From NCBI GenBank assembly GCA_963675785.1, contig OY776562.1:2304001-2368000 (forward strand): DNA of 64,000 nucleotides, given 5' to 3'. Source of the stretch: Anaerolineae bacterium. GTDB lineage: Bacteria > Chloroflexota > Anaerolineae > UBA1429. Position numbers and translations under genes: made by a program. Numbering within the stretch: position 1 is the first letter of the stretch; every line of letters begins with the position of its first letter. This document shows positions 9,937 through 19,459 of this stretch, in pieces. Under the pieces are notes generated by a model that made no database searches, was not told the origin of the DNA, and saw only the letters and a list, made by a program, of their open reading frames with translations.

Positions 9937-12009
9937 ATGACTGATCTATTACAGGATGCCAGATGGATTTGGTCCTCTGGCGAGAAAACCAACCATTATG
10001 TGCTTTTTGCCCGAACAATTCCCGGCCCTGTGGTTGCACTCAAGGCCGAGATTTCAGCATCGAGCTACTATGAGCTCTATGTGAACGGCAAGTTCGTCGG
10101 GCGCGGCCCAGTGTACGGCGATCCACAGTGGGTTCAAGTGGATGAATATGACCTGGGCACATTCCGCGGCGACGTGCAACTGGCCATTGTGGCCCATCAC
10201 GAGAGCGGTATTCGCTTGGCCAGCGTGATGGAGGCCCCTGGTGGTTTCATCGGGCGCTTTAGCGCCAACGGGCAGACCCTCGTCACCGATGCCAGCTGGA
10301 AATGTCTGGACTTGCTCATGTGGCGTGATGGCGTCGAGCGGCGCGGTTGGGCCCTGGGTTATTGCGAGGACTATGATGCCCGCCTCGAACCCGAGGGTTG
10401 GACTGACAAATGTTTTGATGAGGCCATGACCGAGAATTGGCCGAATGCCGTGCTGGTGCCGGATCAAGAACACATCTGGGCCAATTACACGGCACGCATT
10501 GTGCCTTATCTAAAGCGCCGCATGGCCATGCCATTGTCTTTCAAAGCCTGGCAGGCACCAGGCCCAAGTGCAGCGGATATTGCCGAGGTATCCAACACCT
10601 GCGATACCGAAGAACTCGTGCCCCTCAACGACTGGGCACCTTTTAGCCTCAAGGCCTTTAACGAAACGCTGGGCACGGCCAACGCCTTTACCTTTGACCT
10701 GGGTAAAGAGCGCATCGGCTATTACGCCATCACCGTTCAGGCACCGGCCGGCACAATCATCGAACTCTCTGGCGCCGAGCTGCTGCGTGAGGGCCGTCCC
10801 TGGATATTCCGCAAGGGCACGCGCTATTCAGTGCGCTATGTCTCTCATGAGGGCCCGCAGACCTTTACCAGTTTCAGTTGGAACGGATTCCGCTACCTGC
10901 ACCTGGTGATTCGCGGCCAGGTTGACCAAGTCTCAATTCAGAAAATCGGCTGCCTGCAAAAGATGGCCTCGCTTACCCCAACCTATGCAGTTCATTTGGA
11001 CGACAAGCGTCTCAAGGAGTTGTTCGACCTCTGCGCCTATACGCTACGAATGGGCGTGCAGGAGCATCTCATCGACTGCCCCACGCGCGAACAGGCCCAA
11101 TACTGGGGCGACGGCGTCTTTATCGCCGAGAGCATTCGCGTTGGCTTTGGTTGCGACGCCTACCTGCGCTGGTATCTAGAAGCCTTTTTGCACGTGCCCC
11201 TCAACGAGAACGGCAACATCAACTGCATCTATCCGGGCAACCACACCAGCCTGCTGGATTATTCGCTCATTCCCATGATCGGCCAACAATTCTGGAAGGC
11301 CGCCTATGGCACGTATTATCAGGCACGGGCCACCCTGGAAAAAGGCCTTGCCCTCAAAAAGTGGTACGATGCCAACACCAACGAGCTGGGCTTGCTTGAT
11401 TTTCCTTACGAGGAATATGCCCAGCGCGGCCTGCGCAACTTTATCGACCATCCCGGCGTGGGCTGGCACAACTTTCCACATCCGGGCATCGAACGCGATG
11501 GCGTTAGCGCCCCTTTGAACGCTTTTTATTATAATTACTGTCGGGTATTGGCCGATATAGCTCAAGAACTAGACGATCCCATTGCGCACGACCTGGAAAA
11601 ACAGACACGACAAATTGGCCATGCTCTGGTCAAGCACCTTTATGATGGCCAGGTGTTCCATGACACCGTCAAAGATGACGTCCTCTCTGAGGGTACTGCC
11701 TGGCAGACCAACGCTTTGGCCGTGAACTTTGGTCTATTGACAGGCGAACGCGCACGTGTGGCCATGCAGGCCATGCTGGATGGTTATGACAAGCTGTGTC
11801 GCTGTTCACCCTATTTCCACTTTTTCTTCTTGCCCGCGCTGCGTAAGGCTGGCCTGCAAGATGAAGCACTTGTCTTGATCAAGAAAGAATGGGGACAGAT
11901 GCTGGATGGTGGTGCAACCACCACCTGGGAGGGTTTCCTGGGCGATGCCCTGGATTCGCTCTGCCATCCCTGGTCGACCGCCCCCTTCCTCTATCTATTA
12001 CGTAAATAG
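9937..12009 (+). CDS. GH78-like alpha-L-rhamnosidase family glycosidase
   Basis: YELYVNGK.VGRGP, FDLGKE, FRYL, DCPTREQ.QY.GD, GATTTWE, SLCHPWS. Confidence 0.8.
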   Translation: MTDLLQDARWIWSSGEKTNHYVLFARTIPGPVVALKAEISASSYYELYVNGKFVGRGPVYGDPQWVQVDEYDLGTFRGDVQLAIVAHHESGIRLASVMEAPGGFIGRFSANGQTLVTDASWKCLDLLMWRDGVERRGWALGYCEDYDARLEPEGWTDKCFDEAMTENWPNAVLVPDQEHIWANYTARIVPYLKRRMAMPLSFKAWQAPGPSAADIAEVSNTCDTEELVPLNDWAPFSLKAFNETLGTANAFTFDLGKERIGYYAITVQAPAGTIIELSGAELLREGRPWIFRKGTRYSVRYVSHEGPQTFTSFSWNGFRYLHLVIRGQVDQVSIQKIGCLQKMASLTPTYAVHLDDKRLKELFDLCAYTLRMGVQEHLIDCPTREQAQYWGDGVFIAESIRVGFGCDAYLRWYLEAFLHVPLNENGNINCIYPGNHTSLLDYSLIPMIGQQFWKAAYGTYYQARATLEKGLALKKWYDANTNELGLLDFPYEEYAQRGLRNFIDHPGVGWHNFPHPGIERDGVSAPLNAFYYNYCRVLADIAQELDDPIAHDLEKQTRQIGHALVKHLYDGQVFHDTVKDDVLSEGTAWQTNALAVNFGLLTGERARVAMQAMLDGYDKLCRCSPYFHFFFLPALRKAGLQDEALVLIKKEWGQMLDGGATTTWEGFLGDALDSLCHPWSTAPFLYLLRK

Positions 12010-12019
12010 GAGTTCGCAC

Positions 12020-15000
12020 ATGACAACTGAGGTCCTTCGCCCCAACGACTGGGAGAATCCCCGCGTTTTCGAGCGCAACAAAGAGCGCCCACATACAACG
12101 TTGATCCCCTATTCCGATATCGAAACGGCGCGCAACTGCGAACGTTACCGCTCAGAGTGGGTCGAGCTGCTCAACGATGACTGGAAGTTCGCTTACGCTG
12201 GCACCCCCAAAGAGGCTATCGAGGACTTTTGGAAAGCCGATTTCGACGTCTCAGAGTGGGACGACATCGAAGTGCCCGGCTGCTGGCAAATGCAGGGGTA
12301 TGATATCCCCCGCTACAAGAACGTCGGCTGGCCCTTTGACCCCAGCAATTGTCCCAAGATTCCCGAGGACGACAATCCCGTCGGCTCGTATGTCACCACC
12401 TTTGAGGTGCCCGAGGAATGGGCCGGGCGACGCATCTTTTTAACGTTCGAAGGTGTGGAATCAGCGGCCTATGTCTGGCTGAACGGCCAAGAGGTTGGGT
12501 ATACCCAGGATAGCCGTACGCCAGCCGAGTTCAATATCACGCCATACCTGCGCGAGGGCGAAAACACCCTGGCCGTGCGCGTCTACCGCTTTTCTGACGG
12601 CAGCTATCTGGAAGACCAGGATCATTGGCGCTTTAGCGGCATCTATCGCGACGTGTACATCTGGGCCGCGCCTTTGGTGCACATCCGTGATTTCAGCGTG
12701 CGCACTACCCTGGATTCTGCTTTTGTCGATGCCGACCTGGAAATCCGCGCCGACGTCATCAACTATGGGCAGGAGGACGGCCAGTATCGGCTGGAGGCGG
12801 CACTCATCGATCCCAATGGTGAGATGCTCTGCACTCTTGAACAAGACCTGGTCGCACGGGCTGGCGTTGAGCGCACCATAACGCTGACTACGCTGGTGGA
12901 AGCGCCCGAACTGTGGACCGCCGAGACACCTACCCTTTACACCCTGTTGCTGGCCCTATACGACGCTCAGGATGAGTTGATCGAGATGGAAAGCACGCAC
13001 ATTGGATTCAAAGATGTGCGCATTGCCGACGGCCAACTGCTGGTCAACGGCAAGCCCATCATCCTCAAGGGCACCGATCGTCACGACCACGACGCCTGGA
13101 CGGGCAAGACCGTGGATGAAGAAGACATGCTGCAGGACGTACTGCTGATGAAGCAGTTCAACCTCAATGCTGTACGCACCTCTCACTATCCCAACGATCC
13201 CTTCTTCCTGGATTTATGCGATCTCTTTGGCCTCTATGTCATCGACGAGGCCAATCAGGAAGCTCACGGCGATCTGACTCTGGCAGACAATCCGCTGTGG
13301 AAAGACGCTTTCGTGGCTCGTGTGGAGCGCATGATCGCCCGTGACAAAAACCATGCCAGCATCATCATCTGGTCGCTGGGCAACGAATCGGGCAACGGCT
13401 CCAACATCGAGGCTGAAGGCAACAAAGCCCGCGTCATGGATCCCACCCGCCCCATCCAGTGGGAACCTGTCATGCGAACCGAAGGCTTCCAATCGCGCGT
13501 GAGTGACTTTTTGCCGCCCATGTACCCTACAATCGAGCGCTTGGTCGAGCTTGCTACCAACGAGGATGACCGCCCCGTTTATATGTGCGAATATGCCCAC
13601 TCCATGGGCAACAGCACTGGTAATCTCAAAGAATATTGGGATGCCATCTACAGCCACAAGCGCCTCATCGGCGGTTTTATTTGGGACTGGATCGATCAGG
13701 GCCTGGCTATGGAAGATGAGGATGGCACGGCCTGGTTCGCCTACGGCGGCGACTGGGGCGACGAGCGTCATGACGGCAATTTCTGCATCAATGGCCTAAT
13801 TTCGCCCGATCGCGTGCCCCATCCGGCCTTGTACAACTATGCCAAGATCATCCAGCCGGTGCTCATCGAGGCCGAGAACCTGGACGCGAACAAAGTACGT
13901 ATTACCAACCGCTACAACCATATCGATCTATCGCACCTCACGCTCACCTGGGATTTGGTAGCTGATGGAGACATACTACAAGTTGGTGGCATTGAAACGC
14001 CTTCCCTGGCCCCCGGCGAATCCGCCATCATCGAGATTCCCCTGGACAAAGTGCCTCTGGAGGCCGGCACCGAATACTGGCTGACGATCATGTTCTCGCT
14101 GACCGAGGAGACCATGTGGGCCGAGGCAGAACATGTCGTGGCCTGGGAACAGTTCCTTATGCCCTATGCCGTGCCGGTTACACCTGAGCTAGTCTTGGAT
14201 GATATGCCCAAGCTGGCTCTGGCCCGCAAGGAAGATGCCATCACCGTTACTGGCAGCGACTGGGTAGCCGTTTGGTCTTGCAGCGAGGGCAAGCTCATCA
14301 GCCTGGTCAAAACAGGCGTCGAATTACTCGAATCGGGCCCGCAGTTCAACGTCTGGCGCGCCCCCACCGATAACGACGCCCGTCGCTTGGAGGGCGAATG
14401 GATCGAGGCGGGCTTGGATGCGCTGGTACACCGCGTCATCTCTTGCAGCGCCGAACAGCTTAATGACCAGGTAGTGCAGGTACACATCGGCACACGCATC
14501 GCCGCAGATAATGTGGCTCGCGGGTTCGATTGCCAGTACACCTACACCGTATACGGCAGCGGCGATATCGAACTGACCACCCATATCATGCCCAACGGCG
14601 AGCTACCCACCCTGCCGCGCATCGGCCTGCAAACCGTACTGTTGCCCGAATTCGACACCTTTATCTGGTACGGGCGCGGCCCCGGCGAGACCTATCAGGA
14701 TCGCAAAGACGATTCCCCCGTGGATATCTATGAGGGTTCGGTGGATGATCAGCATGTCGATTACGTCATGCCCCAGGAGAACGGCAATAAAACCGACGTA
14801 CGTTGGGCGGCGTTGTGCAACGAGGAGGGCATCGGCCTGCTGGCCATTGGCTCTCCGCTGATGGAAGTGAGCGTCCACCATGATGACATGATGGGCCTCA
14901 CCGCTGCCAAGCACATGAACGAGATCCCCTGGAAAGAGACAGTTGAGTTCAACATGGACCTGGTACAATCCGGATTGGGTGGTGAAAGCTGCGGCCCCGG

Positions 15001-15118
15001 CACCCTGCCGCAGTACCTGGTGCCAGCAGTAGAAACCCTTTGGAGCACGCGCTTGCACCTGCTGGGCGGTGAAGATGATCCAATCATGATCGCCAAAGAG
15101 AATTTGCCCAAAATCTAG
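12020..15118 (+). CDS. lacZ: GH2 beta-galactosidase (LacZ-type)
   Basis: FEGVES, YLEDQD.WR.SGIYRDV, NAVRTSHYP, WSLGNES, CEYAHSMGNS, GGFIWDW, PQENGN. Confidence 0.93.
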   Translation: MTTEVLRPNDWENPRVFERNKERPHTTLIPYSDIETARNCERYRSEWVELLNDDWKFAYAGTPKEAIEDFWKADFDVSEWDDIEVPGCWQMQGYDIPRYKNVGWPFDPSNCPKIPEDDNPVGSYVTTFEVPEEWAGRRIFLTFEGVESAAYVWLNGQEVGYTQDSRTPAEFNITPYLREGENTLAVRVYRFSDGSYLEDQDHWRFSGIYRDVYIWAAPLVHIRDFSVRTTLDSAFVDADLEIRADVINYGQEDGQYRLEAALIDPNGEMLCTLEQDLVARAGVERTITLTTLVEAPELWTAETPTLYTLLLALYDAQDELIEMESTHIGFKDVRIADGQLLVNGKPIILKGTDRHDHDAWTGKTVDEEDMLQDVLLMKQFNLNAVRTSHYPNDPFFLDLCDLFGLYVIDEANQEAHGDLTLADNPLWKDAFVARVERMIARDKNHASIIIWSLGNESGNGSNIEAEGNKARVMDPTRPIQWEPVMRTEGFQSRVSDFLPPMYPTIERLVELATNEDDRPVYMCEYAHSMGNSTGNLKEYWDAIYSHKRLIGGFIWDWIDQGLAMEDEDGTAWFAYGGDWGDERHDGNFCINGLISPDRVPHPALYNYAKIIQPVLIEAENLDANKVRITNRYNHIDLSHLTLTWDLVADGDILQVGGIETPSLAPGESAIIEIPLDKVPLEAGTEYWLTIMFSLTEETMWAEAEHVVAWEQFLMPYAVPVTPELVLDDMPKLALARKEDAITVTGSDWVAVWSCSEGKLISLVKTGVELLESGPQFNVWRAPTDNDARRLEGEWIEAGLDALVHRVISCSAEQLNDQVVQVHIGTRIAADNVARGFDCQYTYTVYGSGDIELTTHIMPNGELPTLPRIGLQTVLLPEFDTFIWYGRGPGETYQDRKDDSPVDIYEGSVDDQHVDYVMPQENGNKTDVRWAALCNEEGIGLLAIGSPLMEVSVHHDDMMGLTAAKHMNEIPWKETVEFNMDLVQSGLGGESCGPGTLPQYLVPAVETLWSTRLHLLGGEDDPIMIAKENLPKI

Positions 15119-15133
15119 TCCGAAAGAACCTGT

Positions 15134-15159
15134 AGAGGGCGGCCATGTGCCGCCCTCTT
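15134..15159 (+). terminator. GC-rich hairpin after lacZ (weak U-tract)
   Basis: agagggcggc-catgt-gccgccctct. Confidence 0.5.
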
Positions 15160-15227
15160 GTCATCTCTGCTTGTTATTCTTTCCGTGATACAGTAGAACA
15201 CTCGTAAGATTGCCTGGGAGGAGCATC

Positions 15228-16562
15228 ATGAGAGACGCTTGGCGTTGGTTCAATCATGCCAAATTCGGCTTTTTCATACATTGGGGTGCTTATGCTTGCG
15301 TGGGCCGGGGAGAGCAAGCCCTTTTTCGCGATCACCTCGACCAAGAGGAATACGCCCGCACGGCCTGCGCCTGGAACCCATCCTCGTTTGACGCCCGCCG
15401 CTGGGCCGAGATAGCCAAGCGTTCCGGAGCACGCTATGCCGTGCTCTCCACCCGTCACCACGATGGCTTTTGTCTGTGGGATTCGGCCTATACCGATTAC
15501 AGCACTGCCAAGCAAGCCGCGGGGCGCGACTTTGTACGTGAGTATGTGGAAGCCTTCCGTGCCGCCGGTTTGCGTGTCGGGCTCTATTACTCGCTAGCTG
15601 ATTGGCGCATCCCCGCCTACTGGGATAGCAATGCCGATCCGCAAGGCTGGGAGACCTTTAGCCAATACGTGCACAACCAGGTGCATGAACTCCTCAGCAA
15701 TTACGGTAAAATCGACGTTATCTGGTTCGATGGCGCCTGGCCCCACACCCAGGGCGAATGGCAGAGTCACGAACTGGTCGAGATGATCCGCTCCCTGCAG
15801 CCCGATATCCTCATCAACAATCGTCTGGGCGTCCCCGATGAGGGCCCTGAGCAGATAGCGAGCGACACCATGGGCGTCGGTCAAAGTCTCGCACTGGGTG
15901 ATTTTGGCACACCAGAGCACCAGATCATCGCTGATCCCGAGCGCCTGTGGGAATCCTGCCAGGTGAGTACCTGGCGTCTGTGGGGTTACACCACTGGGGA
16001 ACACTGGCGCTCGTCCGAGCTGCTCCTCGACTTTTTGGTAGAGTCGGCCAGCATGGGCGGCAACCTGCTGCTAAACGTTGGTCCTACTCCTGAGGGCGAG
16101 TTTCCTCAGCCCTTTGTCGAGCGAGCCGAGGCCATCGGCCGCTGGCTGGAAGTGCATGGCGAGTGCATCTATGACGCCAGTGAAGGCGACTTGTGCGAGT
16201 TCATCACATACGGTCGGCAAATCTTGAAAGGCAACACGCTCTACCTGGTTATTCGCTTTTGGGATGGCAGCGGCCAGGTGCGTCTGGCAGGCATCACCAC
16301 GCCTCTGCTAAAGGCAGAACTGCTCACCACCGGTCAAACCGTACCCTTTGTCCAAGAGGATGAGTCTATCATTATCAGCGGGCTGCCCCTGGAGCGTCCC
16401 TGCGAGCTGTTTCCAGTCATCAAACTCACCTTTGCCGAACGCCCCCAAACAGCCGCTTGGGTCAAGGATAGATTGTGGCAAGGTGATCCTCGCCGTATGA
16501 CCGATTGGGCCGCAGCCCGAGGCACTTCGGTGTGGGCCGACGGACGCCCACGGGAGGAGTGA
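15228..16562 (+). CDS. GH29 alpha-L-fucosidase family protein
   Basis: KFGFFIHWG, RHHDGFCLWDS, GLYYSLADW, IWFDG, GGNLLLNVGP. Confidence 0.92.
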   Translation: MRDAWRWFNHAKFGFFIHWGAYACVGRGEQALFRDHLDQEEYARTACAWNPSSFDARRWAEIAKRSGARYAVLSTRHHDGFCLWDSAYTDYSTAKQAAGRDFVREYVEAFRAAGLRVGLYYSLADWRIPAYWDSNADPQGWETFSQYVHNQVHELLSNYGKIDVIWFDGAWPHTQGEWQSHELVEMIRSLQPDILINNRLGVPDEGPEQIASDTMGVGQSLALGDFGTPEHQIIADPERLWESCQVSTWRLWGYTTGEHWRSSELLLDFLVESASMGGNLLLNVGPTPEGEFPQPFVERAEAIGRWLEVHGECIYDASEGDLCEFITYGRQILKGNTLYLVIRFWDGSGQVRLAGITTPLLKAELLTTGQTVPFVQEDESIIISGLPLERPCELFPVIKLTFAERPQTAAWVKDRLWQGDPRRMTDWAAARGTSVWADGRPREE

Positions 16563-16563
16563 C

Positions 16564-18297
16564 ATGCGCTATATAACCCATACGGCCGATTTGTGCGTCG
16601 TCGGCGGCGGACTGGCCGGCATGTGCGCAGCCATCTCGGCGGCGCGCCACGGCGCCAGCGTGGTGCTCATGCAGGATCGGCCTGTGCTGGGCGGCAATGC
16701 CTCCTCCGAGATTCGCATGTGGCTTTGCGGCGCCCATGGCAGCAACCATCGTGAAACCGGCCTGGTGGAAGAGATCGAGCTAGAGAACACTTACCGCAAT
16801 CCCACCAAGAATTACGCCCAATGGGATGCCCTGCTGTGGGAAAAGGCGCGCGGCGAGCCCAACATCAACCTCCTGCTCAACTGCTCCTGCAATCAATGCC
16901 AGATGGACGGCCAACGCATCGCCTCGATCACTGGCTGGCAGGGCACCGCCGAGACCTGGCATACGGTACAAGCCACCAACTATGCCGATTGTTCCGGCGA
17001 CTCCATCTTGGCTCCCCTCACCGGTGCTGAGTTTCGCGTCGGGCGTGAGGCACGCAGTGAGTTCGGCGAGTCCATCGAGCCTGAGCAAGCCGACAACCGT
17101 ACCATGGGCATGAGCTGCCTGCTGCAAGCCCGCGAGACTAATTCGCCGCAGATCTATGTGGCCCCGCCCTGGGCCAAGGTGTACGAGAGCGACGACGACC
17201 TGCCCTATCGCGACCACACCCTGCCCGACAGCAACTTTTGGTGGATTGAGCTGGGCGGCGAGGCCGATTCCATCCACGACACCGAAACCCTGCGCGACGA
17301 GCTGCTGGCCGTGGCCTTTGGCGTATGGGATCACATCAAAAATCGCAGCGACCACGGTGCCGATAACTGGGCGTTGGATTGGGTGGGCTTTTTGCCCGGC
17401 AAGCGCGAGAGCCGTCGCTATGTGGGCGATTACATCGTCAATCAAAACGATGTCGAGGCCGGTGGCCCCTTTAGCGACGTAGTAGCCTATGCCGGCTGGA
17501 CTATGGACGACCACAATCCCGCTGGCCTGGCTCATCTCGGCGAGCCCAATATCTTTCACCCGGCACCCTCGCCCTGGGGTATTCCTTACCGTAGCCTCTA
17601 TTCGCGCAACATCGCCAATCTCTTTTTCGCCGGGCGTAACATCAGCGTTAGCCACGCCGCCCTCTCTTCCTCGCGGGTGATGAAAACCTGTGCCTTGCTG
17701 GGCCAGGCCGTAGGCACGGCAGCAGCCATCGCCACGAAAAAAGCATTGACGCCGCGTGGCGTGTATGAGCAAGCCCTGTCCCAATTGCAACAAACCCTCA
17801 TGGAGGACGATTGCTGGTTGCCCGGTCTAAAGCGCCGAATCTCGCCCCTCACGGTGGAAGCAACCTTATCCGCCTCTGGAGACAATCCCGAGCCCTTGCG
17901 TAACGGCCTGGATCGCCCCATCGGTGAAGATGATAATAGTTGGTCGGGACCACCGAATAGTTATGTCGAGTATCGTTTCGCCAACATGCGGCACGTGGGC
18001 CAGTTGCGGTTCATCTTTGACAGCGACCTAAACCGCCCTGGTGAGGACCACCGTATGCGCTGTAGCTACCCATTGAACGCCCAACCCACTCAGGTGGCCA
18101 CAAGCCTGCTCAAGCGCTTTGCCGTGTACGCCGAAACTGCAGAGGGGGACTGGCGCGAGGTTGCCCGCCTGGACGACAACCATCAGCGCTTGGTGCGCCT
18201 CGCCGTGGATTGCGAGACCACTGCCCTGCGCTTTGTACCCCTGGAGACCTGGGGAGCGCCCCTGGCCCACGTTTTTGCTTGGGATATGCAAGAATAG
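16564..18297 (+). CDS. FAD-dependent oxidoreductase with C-terminal discoidin/F5-8-like domain
   Basis: VVGGGLAGMCAA, DRPVLGGNASSE, DCSGD, PGKRESRR, IPYRSLYS, RVM.T.A..GQA.G. Confidence 0.85.
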   Translation: MRYITHTADLCVVGGGLAGMCAAISAARHGASVVLMQDRPVLGGNASSEIRMWLCGAHGSNHRETGLVEEIELENTYRNPTKNYAQWDALLWEKARGEPNINLLLNCSCNQCQMDGQRIASITGWQGTAETWHTVQATNYADCSGDSILAPLTGAEFRVGREARSEFGESIEPEQADNRTMGMSCLLQARETNSPQIYVAPPWAKVYESDDDLPYRDHTLPDSNFWWIELGGEADSIHDTETLRDELLAVAFGVWDHIKNRSDHGADNWALDWVGFLPGKRESRRYVGDYIVNQNDVEAGGPFSDVVAYAGWTMDDHNPAGLAHLGEPNIFHPAPSPWGIPYRSLYSRNIANLFFAGRNISVSHAALSSSRVMKTCALLGQAVGTAAAIATKKALTPRGVYEQALSQLQQTLMEDDCWLPGLKRRISPLTVEATLSASGDNPEPLRNGLDRPIGEDDNSWSGPPNSYVEYRFANMRHVGQLRFIFDSDLNRPGEDHRMRCSYPLNAQPTQVATSLLKRFAVYAETAEGDWREVARLDDNHQRLVRLAVDCETTALRFVPLETWGAPLAHVFAWDMQE

Positions 18298-18330
18298 TCG
18301 TGACAAACAGAGAACATAGGAGCCGCTAAC

Positions 18331-19443
18331 ATGGCCGTCTCGTTGGCAGAACTGCACCATCAGGTCGCCTTTGGTGAATCGGGTGGCAAGATTATCTGGC
18401 AGCCGCGCATTCAATGCTGGATCACCGATAAGCGTTTCGCTGGTGAACCCCTGCCCGAACCTTATGAGCACCTGACCGAGCCCGAGATATTCCGCCACCT
18501 CGGTTGCTCATCGCGCATCTATGATTACAACCGCTGCTTTGTCTCTCACGAAGACGCCGCGGTATATCGCACCGAACGGCAGCTCAACGAGACCGACCGC
18601 GAAATCACCATTCATACCCCCGTTGGTCAGCAGGTCGAGGTACTACGCAGCACGCCCAACAGCCCGCGCAGTATCCACATCAAATGGCAGATCACCACCA
18701 AACAAGAGATGCAGGTGGCCACCTGGCGCGCCCAGCATACCACCTGGTCGTGGGATCAGGCTGTCTTTGAAGAAACACACCGCACCTGGGGTGATATCGG
18801 CGCCCCCACCATGTACATGCCGCGCATCAACGTGCAAGATTTATTCATCAACACCATGGGCGTTGAGGGTGCTATCTATGCCATCTATGACTGGCCCGAG
18901 CTGGTTCAGGCCTATTTCGACGCACTGGATGACTGCCACAGCCTGATGATCAACGTGATCAACGATTCACCCATCGACATCATCAACTTTGGCGACAACA
19001 TTCACGCGGGAACACTGCCGCCCCGCCTGTTCAAGCGCTACGTGCTACCCGCCTACCATCGCCGTGTAGAAAAGCTCCACGCCGCGAACAAGTTCTGCTA
19101 CGCCCACTGGGACGGCGACACCAAGCCCCTGCTGCCACTGGCCCAGCAAACCTGCCTGGACGGCATCGAGGCCATCACCCCCCAACCCCAGGGTGATGTC
19201 ACTCTGGAAGAGATCAAGGCTGGCCTGGGTGATGACATGGTCTTAGTGGACGGCATCCCGGCGGTGTTTTTCGACGAGATCTATCCCATAGAGACACTGG
19301 TCGAGTGTACGCACAAACTCATCGAGCTGTTTGCCCCACGTCTCATCCTGGGTATCTCGGATGAAATCTCTTCCACTGGCGATATCGAGCGCATCCGCAT
19401 CGTCGGTGACATCGTCGATGCCTATAACGCCCAATTCGATTGA
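18331..19443 (+). CDS. Uroporphyrinogen decarboxylase / MtaA-CmuA-like TIM-barrel protein
   Basis: INFGDN, PP..F..Y..P.Y, HWDG...PLL, DGIEA.TP.PQGD.TLEE. Confidence 0.7.
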   Translation: MAVSLAELHHQVAFGESGGKIIWQPRIQCWITDKRFAGEPLPEPYEHLTEPEIFRHLGCSSRIYDYNRCFVSHEDAAVYRTERQLNETDREITIHTPVGQQVEVLRSTPNSPRSIHIKWQITTKQEMQVATWRAQHTTWSWDQAVFEETHRTWGDIGAPTMYMPRINVQDLFINTMGVEGAIYAIYDWPELVQAYFDALDDCHSLMINVINDSPIDIINFGDNIHAGTLPPRLFKRYVLPAYHRRVEKLHAANKFCYAHWDGDTKPLLPLAQQTCLDGIEAITPQPQGDVTLEEIKAGLGDDMVLVDGIPAVFFDEIYPIETLVECTHKLIELFAPRLILGISDEISSTGDIERIRIVGDIVDAYNAQFD

Positions 19444-19459
19444 AAAAGGAAAGAATGTC

